Assembly (NCBI GenBank): GCA_035389045.1
Contig: DAOORA010000026.1
Span: 1-52,526, forward strand
DNA: 52,526 bases
Direction of reading: 5' to 3'
Origin: Bacteroidales bacterium
GTDB lineage: Bacteria > Bacteroidota > Bacteroidia > Bacteroidales > CAIWKO01
In this document: positions 44,801 through 50,062 of the stretch, piece by piece
Position numbering within the stretch: position 1 is the stretch's first letter
Layout: every line of letters begins with the position of its first letter
Program-made: the position numbers and the translations under genes
The notes under the pieces: model-generated
Told to the model about the DNA's origin: nothing
The model's input: the letters and a program-made list of their open reading frames with translations, nothing else
The model's database searches: none

Positions 44801-47800
44801 GATATTAACCGTGATTGATGTCAATGGAAATACTTCAACCTGCAATGCATTAGTGACTGTTGAAGATGCTGCGGCACCTGTTGCACTTTGCCATGATATT
44901 ACGGTTCAACTTGATGCTTCAGGATTTGTAACCATCACGCCTGATATGGTCGACAATGGTTCTTCCGATCTTTGTGGTATTGCATCAATGACTGTTTCGC
45001 CGCACGCATTCACTTGTTCTAATGTAGGCGCTAACACAGTAACATTGACGGTAACTGATGTTTCCGGCAATACCTCTACTTGTACGGCAACAGTCACCGT
45101 TCAGGATGTTACTCCTCCGGTTGCCCTATGCCAGAATGTTACGGTAACTCTTAACGGAGCTGGTGTAGCTTCAATTACTGCATCACAAATCAATAATGGT
45201 TCTAATGATGCCTGCGGTATTGATTCTATGACTGTAGCGCCGAGCACCTTTACCTGTGCTAATGTCGGTCAGAACACAGTTACTTTAACGGTTACCGATG
45301 TCAATGGTAACACTGCTACGTGTACTGCTACAGTAACTGTTCAGGATGTTGTTCCACCTGTGGCCATTTGTCAGAACATTATTGTTCAACTTGATGGTCA
45401 GGGTATTGCAACAGTCACTGCCGCACAGATCAACAATGGTTCTTATGATAACTGTGGTATTGATACCATGACTGTTTCACCCACTACATTTACATGTGCC
45501 AACATTGGTCAGAACATAGTGGCATTAACTGTAACTGATGTCGGTGGTAATATGTCTACCTGCTATGCTACGGTTACTGTGGAAGATACTACAGCACCCG
45601 TGGCTCTCTGCCATGATATCATTTTACAACTTAATCCGTCCGGTTTTGCAAGCCTTGCACCGGGACAGATAAACAACGGATCATCTGATAATTGCGGCAT
45701 AGCTTCAGTTACAGTATATCCAAATACATTTACCTGTTCGAATGTAGGCGCCAACACGGTTACCATGACGGTGTACGATTACCATGGCAATGTTTCTACC
45801 TGTACGGCAACCGTAACTGTTCTTGATGTCACTCCTCCTGTGGCTGTTTGCCAGAACTTAACAATACCTCTCGATGCGTCAGGTTTTGCTTCGATTACTG
45901 CATCACAAATCAATAATGGTTCTAATGATGCCTGCGGGATCGACACCATGAGCGTTGTCCCGAATGTATTCACCTGTGCCGATATCGGCGTCAACCTGGT
46001 TACATTGACCGTGGTTGATGTAAATGGAAATGTATCTGCATGTACAGCTAACGTTACTGTTGTGGATGTCACTCCTCCAATAGCCGTATGTCAGAACCTG
46101 ACCGTTCAGCTTAATGATCAGGGTAATGCATCCATCACTGCTGCACAAATCAATAATGGTTCGCATGATGCCTGTGGTATTGATACTATGACAATATACC
46201 CCAGTGTTTTCACCTGCGCTAATATCGGAAGCAACCTGGTGACATTAACCGTTACTGATGTTAATGGTAATGTATCAACATGCAATGCTTTGGTTAATGT
46301 TGAAGATACGATCGTTCCGACAGCTATATGCCATAACATTACCATTCAGCTTGACGCAATGGGATTAGCAACAATTTCGGCAGGACAGATTAACGACGGT
46401 TCTTATGATGCCTGTGGCATTGCCACCGTTACCGTGGAGCCGAACACATTTGACTGTACTAATGTTGGAGCTAACACTGTTGTTCTCACTGTAACTGATG
46501 TCAATGGAAATGTTTCGACCTGTACAGCAACCGTAACTGTTGAGGACGTAACTCCTCCTGTTGCCATGTGCCATGATCTGACAGTGCAACTGGATGCGAC
46601 GGGCAATGCAGTTATCATTCCGGCTGATATAAATAACGGCTCAACAGATATCTGCGGTATTGACAGCCTGAGTGTTATTCCGAATACCTTCACATGCAGC
46701 AACGTAGGACCAAACAGTGTAGCATTAATCGTCATTGATGTTAACGGAAATATGGCTGTATGCAATTCAACCGTTACTGTTGTTGATGTTACACCACCAG
46801 TTGCTGTATGCCAGAACATCACGTTGCCACTTAATGCACAGGGTACGGCATCGATTACCGCCGGAGACATCAATAATGGTTCCTATGATGCCTGCGGTAT
46901 TGATACCATGACTGTTTCACAGAGTATCTTCACCTGCGACAATGTAGGAGCCAACATGGTCATTTTAACCGTGACCGATGTGAATGGAAATGTTTCCACC
47001 TGCAATGCCCTGGTAACTGTTGAAGATGTCACACCACCGACAGCAATCTGTCAGAATATCAACCTGTATCTCAATGCATCCGGCAATGCCAACATCACTG
47101 CTGCACAAATCGATAACGGATCAGCAGATGCTTGCGGTATAGCTTCAATGGTAGTATCACCCAGTGCATTTACATGTGCGAATGTCGGTCCTAACAATGT
47201 AACACTGACCGTTACAGATGTCAATGGAAATGTTTCGAGTTGCACCGCCATAGTTAATGTTCTGGATACGGTTCATCCGGTTGCCATCTGCCAGGATATC
47301 ATTGCACAACTCAACATAAACGGCACGGTGACTATTACCGGTGAAGATGTTGACAATGGTTCATATGATGCATGTGGCATTGGTTCACTTGTTGTAACTC
47401 CCAGTACCTTCACCTGTTCGGATATAGGTACTCATACCGTTACACTGACTGTGACCGATGTCAATGGCAACTCATCAACATGTACGGCAACTGTAACTGT
47501 TGAAGACAAGGTACCTCCTACTGCCATCTGCCAGAACATCAATGTTTATCTTGATAATGACGGACTTGCCACTATCACAACTGCTCAAATCAACTATGGT
47601 TCGAGTGACGCTTGCGGTATTGCATCCATGAGTGTTTATCCAAGCTCATTCAACTGTGCTAACATTGGCAGCAATATTGTTGTGCTGACTGTAACTGATG
47701 TCAATGGTAATGTATCAACCTGCAGTTCAGAAGTGACTGTTCTGGATACTATTCCTCCTTCAATATTCTGTCCGAGCGATGTTTTGGTTAATTCAGAACC

Positions 47801-49046
47801 GGGAGGATGTGAGATTTCAGGAGTACAGTTAGGATTCCCGACCTTTAGTGATAACTGTCTGATATCACTCATTATAAATAATAATGCTGACAGTACATTC
47901 TCGGTTGGTACTACATTAGTGACATGGACCATAACTGACGGTTCAGGAAATACCGCTACCTGTATACAGACTGTTTATGTAGAAAGTGCACCTCTCGCAG
48001 TTAACGACACGGTGATTACCGGTGAAAACACACCTGTTGTGATTCCGGTTCTTGACAATGACCTCGACTGCGAAAACAATCTCGACCCGTCTACCGTCAT
48101 TGTAATCACACCACCAGCCAACGGCACGGTTACGGTTGACCCGGTTACGGGAGATATTACCTATACGCCTGATTACCTCTTTACCGGTAATGACCAGTTT
48201 ACCTACCAGGTTTGTGATTCAACAGGATTATGCACGACTGCTACTGTTTTCGTAACCGTGCTGCCAATGAACAACCCGCAGATCGGAATTGCCAAAGCGG
48301 TGTATTTGGTCACTCCTGCTGATGACAACAGTTTCAATATTACTTATGTTATAACTGTTGAAAATCTGGGCAATGACCTGATCGAAAATATCCAAGTAAC
48401 AGATAATCTTGCAAATATCTTTGGTGCTCCGGTGACCTTCACTGTGGTCAATCCTCCTAATACTAACAATGACCTGACTCCCAATTCTCATTTCAACGGC
48501 ACTACCGATATTGACCTGCTGGAAAGCAGAACAAGCCATCTGCACATTGGTAACAGCGCTACGATAACGTTCACGATCAATGTTCACATTTCAGGTTCGG
48601 TACAGACCTTCTGCAATACTGCTACCGTTACCGGAAGAGGTTCAAAAGGCTCCTTTGTGATGGATATTTCGGATAACGGATATATCGTTGATGCAAATGG
48701 AAACGGTATCGCTAATGAACAAGGCGAAAACGACTGTACACCTGTAACCCTGACACCATACGATGTCTTCATACCTCAGGCCATATCACCTGACGGAGAT
48801 GGTAAAAATGATTTCTTTGTCATTCGTGGTATTGAACTTTACCCGGATAATGAACTTACCATTTACAACAGATGGGGTAATGAAGTATTCAATATGAGCA
48901 AATACGACAATTCGTGGGACGGCAAATCTGACAATGCGCTAAGCATGGGAGGCAATAAACTACCTGAGGGAACATACTTCTATATCTTTGAATACAACAA
49001 AGATAACAGGCCGCCTAGAAAAGGTTATGTAGTTATTAAATATTAA
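29835..49046 (+). CDS. Giant (~6400 aa) T9SS type-B-sorted surface protein / putative adhesin
   Basis: Signal peptide MKKVYSLLVIMALTACFAVYG (ATG 29835 preferred over 29742). Contains 3 cohesin-like domains, 10 x 86-aa Ig-like repeats, 8 x 77-aa Big_2-like repeats, HYR domains, ~37 x 80-aa HYR-like repeats, 3 jelly-roll-like inserts and a Big_9-like domain. C-terminal FIPQAISPDGDGKNDFFVI...IYNRWGNEV...WDG...LPEGTYFY is the gliding-motility-associated type-B CTD. Confidence 0.93.
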   Translation: MKKVYSLLVIMALTACFAVYGKTTGININPGIKASATVAEIDLNKASDGSGSIIFSTPSDFTKIYTTPQCNNAAGMLSDPLIFLKNKGVSTPLIIPKPNNGYPSSITQDRYWKLLSSDYFTVNGVNVPITAPDAPTATIGTTTGVTPGSATYVDITLSDFGAPISGFQFTIRFDTNYLKYSSVTNWASGISGVGILHNYYGSIDALTFVWGDAPVTVNGLFCRINFTYKASASGCKTVIWSDMPTPRLFADDNYNEFTVTYVDGQICSASSCSITLSSAVGTDAQTKCINTAITDITYTTSGATGATITGLPAGVTGSWASNVVTISGTPTASGTYIYTVTTVGCGPESATGTITVTPDNTITLTSGGTQTVCINNPITTTTYTTTGATGATATGLPAGVTGSWVSNVVTISGTPTASGTFNYTVTLTGGCGSVSTTGTITVNPENTLALTAGGTQTVCVNTPVTTTTYATTGATGATVTGLPAGVTGSWSANVVTISGTPTAAGTYNYTVTLTGGCGTISASGTITVSQDNTITLTAGGTQTACINTAITTTTYATTGATGATITGLPAGVTGSWASNVVTISGSPTAIGTYNYTVTTTGGCGTASATGTITVIPDNTISLTAGGSQTVCISTPVTTTTYGTTGATGATVTGLPAGVTGSWAADVVTISGTPTADGTYNYTVTLTGGCGNVSATGTITVTPDNTITLTAGGTQTLCINTPITTTTYATTGATGATITGLPAGVTGSWASDVVTITGTPTADGTYNYTVTLTGGCGTVTANGTITVTTSNTITLTTGGTQTACINTPVTTTTYTTTGATGATVTGLPAGVTGSWASDVVTISGTPTAAGTYNYTVSLTGGCGVITATGTITVSGNNTLSLTAGGTQTVSVNTPITTTTYATTGATGATITGLPAGVTGSWASNVVTISGTPTAAGTYNYTVTTTGGCGTATATGTITVTSAAAPTATIETITGACPGDIANVDVTLSNFNAPISGFQYTIRYDTNYLHYVSTTNWAAGISGVGIQHNYYGSIDALTFVWGDTPVSVSGLLSQLNFIYKAPPSGCHNIIWSDAPTPRLFADDNYNEFTVTYVDGMICPIAPEVITGTTPICIGATETWTSTTSGGTWTSSAPTIATVDPATGVVTGIAAGTSLITYAVTIGSCVNTATQNVTILPVNTITLTAGGTQTVPVNTPITTTTYATTGATGATVTGLPAGVTGSWATDVVTISGTPTAAGTYNYTVTTTGGCGTATATGTITVTSAAAPTATIETITGACPGDIANVDVTLSNFNAPISGFQYTIRYDTNYLHYVSTTNWAAGISGVGIQHNYYGSIDALTFVWGDTPVSVSGLLSQLNFIYKAPPSGCHNIIWSDAPTPRLFADDNYNEFTVTYVDGMICPIAPEVITGTTPICIGATETWTSTTSGGTWTSSAPTIATVDPATGVVTGIAAGTSLITYAVTIGSCVNTATQIVTITAPTAQTITGTTPICVGSSETWTSTTTGGTWSSADPLIAAIDASTGAVTGIAAGTALISYTLTEGVCVSTTTKVVTIGAPIAQTITGTTPICVGASETWTSTTTGGTWISSDPLIATIDVATGVVTGIAAGTSLITYAVTVDGCVNTATQTVTITAPVAQTITGTTPICTGATETWSSTTSGGTWSSSAPTIATVDPATGVVTGIAAGTSLITYSVTVGPCTSTATQTVTITAPTAQTITGTTPICVGSAETWTSSTSGGTWTSSDPLIATIDASTGVVTGIAAGTSLITYSVTVGACICTATQTVTISGPTAQTITGTTPLCVGSTENWTSTTTGGTWTSSDPLIATIDGTTGVVTGVAGGTSLITYIVTVNGCVNTATQIVTITSPIAQTITGLNPICMGAKVPWSSTTPGGTWTSSNVTIATVDDVTGLVTGLAAGTSLITYSVTIGGCVNTATRTVTVLPDNTVTLTTGGSQTVIVNTPITTTTYNTTGATGATITGLPAGVTGSWAADVVTISGTPTATGTYNYTVATTGGCGTISTIGTITVITYIDIIALCHDTTALLDINGNVSITPDMVDNGSFAIAGIASMTVTPNAFSCGSTGPNLVVLTVTDNLGNTATCSATVMILDTIPPIITCPPDVHVNNVPGLCSAWVNYMLPTYTDNCSPDVVDPIVNGSFETGNYSGWTIWCSNTYGTWGIGNTGQTLNPGGTMYDYYNNANEIQGSPGLPITFAPTDGTHMGVFLQNGPAAHRLYQDVTLPYGNIYLNVDLKYTDHSVTGFGSTQFIAINLKDPISNMLIEQLFITSPGDPASIPMTSLTFNVSSYAGQNVRLEIVESNVTQQYLDVLFDNIKITGNYLDMVQTTGLPSGSIFPVGTTVNTFLATDSSGNTSTCSFNVVVTDNRPPTALCQNITMPLDANGNAIIAGNDIDNGSHDECGIASLVAVPNTLTCANVGTPATVTLTVTDNNGNTSTCTALVTVLDNTPPTAICHDTVILLDISGNASIVPSDVDGGSSDACGIASMSVYPNTFTTADLGPNTVTLTVTDINGNSSTCTAIVTITFESNPPTALCHDTTVYLDATGNVMITPDMVDDGSWDDSGIGSMIVTPDAFTCAEIGPNTVTLTVTDLSGNSATCTAIVTVLDTIPPALTCSSDIITGNDPVTCGAIVNYNIPIATDNCGTINLNPIVNGSFETGDYTGWNLFSSVNGYFSTWGIGATGQVISPSSYFFDYFDMAMEQQFSPGLPYTCAPTDGNYMGVFLQNGMATHRLYQDLTLPNGNISLNFDLQYANHSGGGFSASQYISVNLRNPLNDALIQQLFVTNPGDPNLIPMTPFTFNIAPYAGQNIRLEIIEANISSYYFDVMFDNIRITGATGGSSVTLVQTAGLPSGSLFPIGTTTNTFVATDVSGNTATCSFDVTVNDVEAPTAICQDVTVYLDASGNASITPAMVDNGSYDNPAPASTYTYNFDGSTQGWSTVAEGVTCSGNAVSGNNWGLQAHAYTGTNSYGNTNVGSSGAENSYIMSPVLTLSGATTIEFESFSNNEQGFPCNYDVEIIEISTDNGMTWSNLNGSGIANLNGVYADAQWRSISVSTNVSNTTTGRIRFRYDTGDDYAGLSGTNLGWYIDDVTITTAPTPCSTISLAVDITDFDCTDLGSNNVTLTVTDSSGNTATCTSTVTVLDTVTPIITCADYTRNTDPGVCEYTVAGNEFDPVISNENCPSPIIWNSYNFGSTLGGEILPTGTTNVTWIVSDMSGNSDVCQQIITITDTEPPALTCPADIHVNNDPGYCGATVTYIAPVGTDNCPGTVTTVQTAGLPSGSFFPVDTTINTFVTSDALGNSDTCSFMVIVTDNELPVFSCPFAPYGIVRAADSGVCTAYVTVPMIDPWDNCSVDSVANDFNGTADASGDYPVGITTVTWTVWDVNGNTNICKDYIHVVDDQTPTVVTQDITVYLNSSGFAAIVPADIDNGSFDNCSIIDWSLSQTMFTCANVGIPNIVTLTVTDTNGNQAAGTATVTVLDTIAPEVFCSNIIVQLDPSGNAVITPDQVFNNGYDICGLGTMTVTPNTFTCLNIGQNIVTLTVSDLSGNTATCNAIVIVQDVVPPVALCQNITVYLDETGIATIDANDIDNGSYDDCAILGMVAAPFAFTCFNIGDNDVILAVADISGNISYCTAVVTVIDTISPVAACQNITVELDASGNATITPEQVDNGSSDACGIASMSVSPNSFTCANLGWNIVTLTVTDENGNTATCTSIVNIIDVTPPVAVCQSITVQLDATGNASITAAQINNGSYDACGIDEMTVTPNTFTCDNVGANMVTLTVSDISGNVSTCNALVTVEDVTPPMALCQNITVSLDASGFVNITAAQVDNGSSDNCGIATMTVAPDAFTCSNVGQNTVTLTVTDVYGNVSTCTAVVTIQDATPPVAVCQDITITLDATGNASITASQINNGSSDACGISTITVTPDAFTCANVGPNTVTLTVTDQNGNTSTCTATVTVHEVIPPVAICQNITVQLDATGNVSITAAQINNGSYDNCGIDTITVAPYTFTCANVGANMVVLTVTDVDGNISTCDALVTVEDATPPTALCHDITVQLDASGFVNITASQVDNGSSDNCGIATMTVAPDAFTCSSVGANTVTLTVTDTYGNVSTCTAVVTVQDATPPVAICQDITITLDATGNASITASQINNGSSDACGISTITVTPDAFTCANVGPNTVTLTVTDQNGNTSTCTATVTVHEVIPPVAICQNITVQLDATGNVSITAAQINNGSYDNCGIDTITVAPYTFTCANVGANMVVLTVTDVDGNISTCDALVTVEDATPPTALCHDITVQLDASGFVNITAAQVDNGSSDNCGIATMTVAPDAFTCSNVGPNTVTLTVTDVYGNVSTCTAIVTVQDATLPVAVCQDITVQLDASGNASITASQINNGSSDACGIESITVSPNTFTCANVGANTVTLTVTDNNGNTSVCTATVTVEDATPPTALCQNITVQLDATGNASITAVQINNGSYDNCGIDTITVAPYTFTCANVGANMVLLTVTDVNGNVSTCDALVTVEDATPPTALCQDITVQLDASGFVNITAAQVDNGSSDNCGIATMTVAPDAFTCSNVGPNTVTLTVTDVYGNVSTCTAIVTVQDATLPVAVCQDITVQLDASGNASITASQINNGSSDACGIESITVSPNTFTCANVGANTVTLTVTDNNGNTSVCTATVTVEDATPPTALCQNITVQLDATGNASITAVQINNGSYDNCGIDTITVAPYTFTCANVGANMVLLTVTDVNGNVSTCDALVTVVDPTMPTALCQNITVQLDASGFVNITAAQVDNGSSDNCGIATMTVAPDAFTCSNVGPNTVTLTVTDVYGNVSTCTAIITVQDATLPVAVCQDITVQLDVSGNASITASQINNGSSDACGIESITVSPNTFTCSNVGQNMVTLTVTDMNGNSSICTATVVVEDVNPPTAICQSITVQLDATGQASITAAQINNGSSDNCGIDTMYVAPDSFTCADLGANMVILTVIDVNGNTSTCNALVTVEDAAAPVALCHDITVQLDASGFVTITPDMVDNGSSDLCGIASMTVSPHAFTCSNVGANTVTLTVTDVSGNTSTCTATVTVQDVTPPVALCQNVTVTLNGAGVASITASQINNGSNDACGIDSMTVAPSTFTCANVGQNTVTLTVTDVNGNTATCTATVTVQDVVPPVAICQNIIVQLDGQGIATVTAAQINNGSYDNCGIDTMTVSPTTFTCANIGQNIVALTVTDVGGNMSTCYATVTVEDTTAPVALCHDIILQLNPSGFASLAPGQINNGSSDNCGIASVTVYPNTFTCSNVGANTVTMTVYDYHGNVSTCTATVTVLDVTPPVAVCQNLTIPLDASGFASITASQINNGSNDACGIDTMSVVPNVFTCADIGVNLVTLTVVDVNGNVSACTANVTVVDVTPPIAVCQNLTVQLNDQGNASITAAQINNGSHDACGIDTMTIYPSVFTCANIGSNLVTLTVTDVNGNVSTCNALVNVEDTIVPTAICHNITIQLDAMGLATISAGQINDGSYDACGIATVTVEPNTFDCTNVGANTVVLTVTDVNGNVSTCTATVTVEDVTPPVAMCHDLTVQLDATGNAVIIPADINNGSTDICGIDSLSVIPNTFTCSNVGPNSVALIVIDVNGNMAVCNSTVTVVDVTPPVAVCQNITLPLNAQGTASITAGDINNGSYDACGIDTMTVSQSIFTCDNVGANMVILTVTDVNGNVSTCNALVTVEDVTPPTAICQNINLYLNASGNANITAAQIDNGSADACGIASMVVSPSAFTCANVGPNNVTLTVTDVNGNVSSCTAIVNVLDTVHPVAICQDIIAQLNINGTVTITGEDVDNGSYDACGIGSLVVTPSTFTCSDIGTHTVTLTVTDVNGNSSTCTATVTVEDKVPPTAICQNINVYLDNDGLATITTAQINYGSSDACGIASMSVYPSSFNCANIGSNIVVLTVTDVNGNVSTCSSEVTVLDTIPPSIFCPSDVLVNSEPGGCEISGVQLGFPTFSDNCLISLIINNNADSTFSVGTTLVTWTITDGSGNTATCIQTVYVESAPLAVNDTVITGENTPVVIPVLDNDLDCENNLDPSTVIVITPPANGTVTVDPVTGDITYTPDYLFTGNDQFTYQVCDSTGLCTTATVFVTVLPMNNPQIGIAKAVYLVTPADDNSFNITYVITVENLGNDLIENIQVTDNLANIFGAPVTFTVVNPPNTNNDLTPNSHFNGTTDIDLLESRTSHLHIGNSATITFTINVHISGSVQTFCNTATVTGRGSKGSFVMDISDNGYIVDANGNGIANEQGENDCTPVTLTPYDVFIPQAISPDGDGKNDFFVIRGIELYPDNELTIYNRWGNEVFNMSKYDNSWDGKSDNALSMGGNKLPEGTYFYIFEYNKDNRPPRKGYVVIKY
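30650..32715 (+). repeat. Eight tandem 258-bp (86-aa) Ig-like repeats
   Basis: Unit TLTAGGTQTxCxNTPITTTTYATTGATGATxTGLPAGVTGSWxxxVVTISGTPTAxGTYNYTVTxTGGCG. Two more single copies near 33360 and 35645. Confidence 0.92.
32470..34239 (+). repeat. Near-identical ~870-bp duplication with 900-bp period
   Basis: 32470-33339 vs 33370-34239. The differences I found are all in the first ~190 bp; the rest reads identical by eye. Confidence 0.93.
34025..35640 (+). repeat. Seven tandem 231-bp (77-aa) Big_2-like repeats
   Basis: Unit QTITGTTPICxGxxETWTSTTxGGTWxSSDPxIATIDxxTGVVTGIAAGTSLITYxVTxGxC. Confidence 0.9.
40070..47750 (+). repeat. About 32 tandem 240-bp (80-aa) HYR-like repeats with a 720-bp higher-order core
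   Basis: Unit PxAxCQxITVQLDAxGxAxITAxQIxNGSxDxCGIxxxTVxPxxFTCxNVGxNxVTLTVTDxxGNxSTCxAxVTVxD. Near-identical blocks offset by 720 bp between ~41280 and ~44600. Confidence 0.93.
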
Positions 49047-49078
49047 TATTCATTATGAACCATATAAAACCTAAGGAT

Positions 49079-50032
49079 ATGAAAAAGATAATCATCATAA
49101 CAGTAACAGTAATCAGCTTGTTTCTTTTCAAAGGAATAAACACCACTGTAAAGGCTCAATTCGATGCCATGTTCACTCAGTACATGTTCAATGAAATGTT
49201 CATCAACCCTGCCTATACGGGCTATAAGGAAGGCTTGTCGGTGACGGCCTTACACCGCCAGCAATGGGTAGACTTTGACGGACGTCCGATCACCACAACG
49301 GTATCAATCCACTCACCTGTTTACCAGGAATCTATGGGGCTTGGGTTGAGTTACCTCAACGAAAAGATCGGTGTGCTGAACAGAAACCTTCTTTATGCCA
49401 GTTATGCATACCGGGCTAAAGTCAGTGAAAAAGGAAGACTGTGTTTTGGAATTATGGGCGGAATACACGTTCAGAATGAAAAACTCGGAGAACTCGCAAT
49501 TAATGATCCTGACGACCCCCACTTCACTGCCAATACAAAAAATATCGTCACACCAAACTTTGGTTTTGGAATGTTGTACCATACCGACAAGTTTTATGTC
49601 GGATTGTCCATACCGAGGCTCATTGACGATAATGTTACCATGGGTAGCTATGGGAAAGTGATCAAGACGATAAAATTCAGGCCTAAAATGTTTCATTATT
49701 ACCTGACTGTAGGCAATGCATTTGTCATCAATGAAGCTTTCACCCTGAAGCCGCAACTGATGCTAAAGGCAGTGATCAATGCCCCGATAGAGTTTGACAT
49801 CAACCTCAATGCTCTGATCAAACAGCGTCTTTGGATTGGTGCATCATACCGAAGTGGTGCTGATATTTCGGGCATTATTGGTGTATATGTGATACCTCAA
49901 TTACTTGTCAGCTATTCTTACGATTATTCGCTGTCGAAAATTAATAAAGTTTCCAGCGGATCACATGAAGTTGCTCTCTCGTACCTGTTTTATTACAAAA
50001 ACCATAGAATTGCTAATCCGAGATATTTTTAA
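49079..50032 (+). CDS. T9SS membrane protein, PorP/SprF family
   Basis: AQFDAMFTQYMFNEMFINPAYTG, HRQQW...DGRP, YSYDYSLS and GSHEVALSY; lies directly after a type-B CTD gene. Start is 49055 or 49079. Confidence 0.93.
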   Translation: MKKIIIITVTVISLFLFKGINTTVKAQFDAMFTQYMFNEMFINPAYTGYKEGLSVTALHRQQWVDFDGRPITTTVSIHSPVYQESMGLGLSYLNEKIGVLNRNLLYASYAYRAKVSEKGRLCFGIMGGIHVQNEKLGELAINDPDDPHFTANTKNIVTPNFGFGMLYHTDKFYVGLSIPRLIDDNVTMGSYGKVIKTIKFRPKMFHYYLTVGNAFVINEAFTLKPQLMLKAVINAPIEFDINLNALIKQRLWIGASYRSGADISGIIGVYVIPQLLVSYSYDYSLSKINKVSSGSHEVALSYLFYYKNHRIANPRYF

Positions 50033-50062
50033 ACGGCTGGTTTATTATTTAATCTTCAGATC

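Noticed and set aside
48660..48740. Dockerin in DISDNGYIVDANGNGIANEQGEND
   Set aside because: Only a single Ca-loop-like segment is present, without the duplicated loop-helix of a dockerin.
30879..48772. Many antisense and alternate-frame ORFs inside the giant gene
   Set aside because: They are shadows of Thr/Val/Gly-rich repetitive codons, and they recur with the repeat period.
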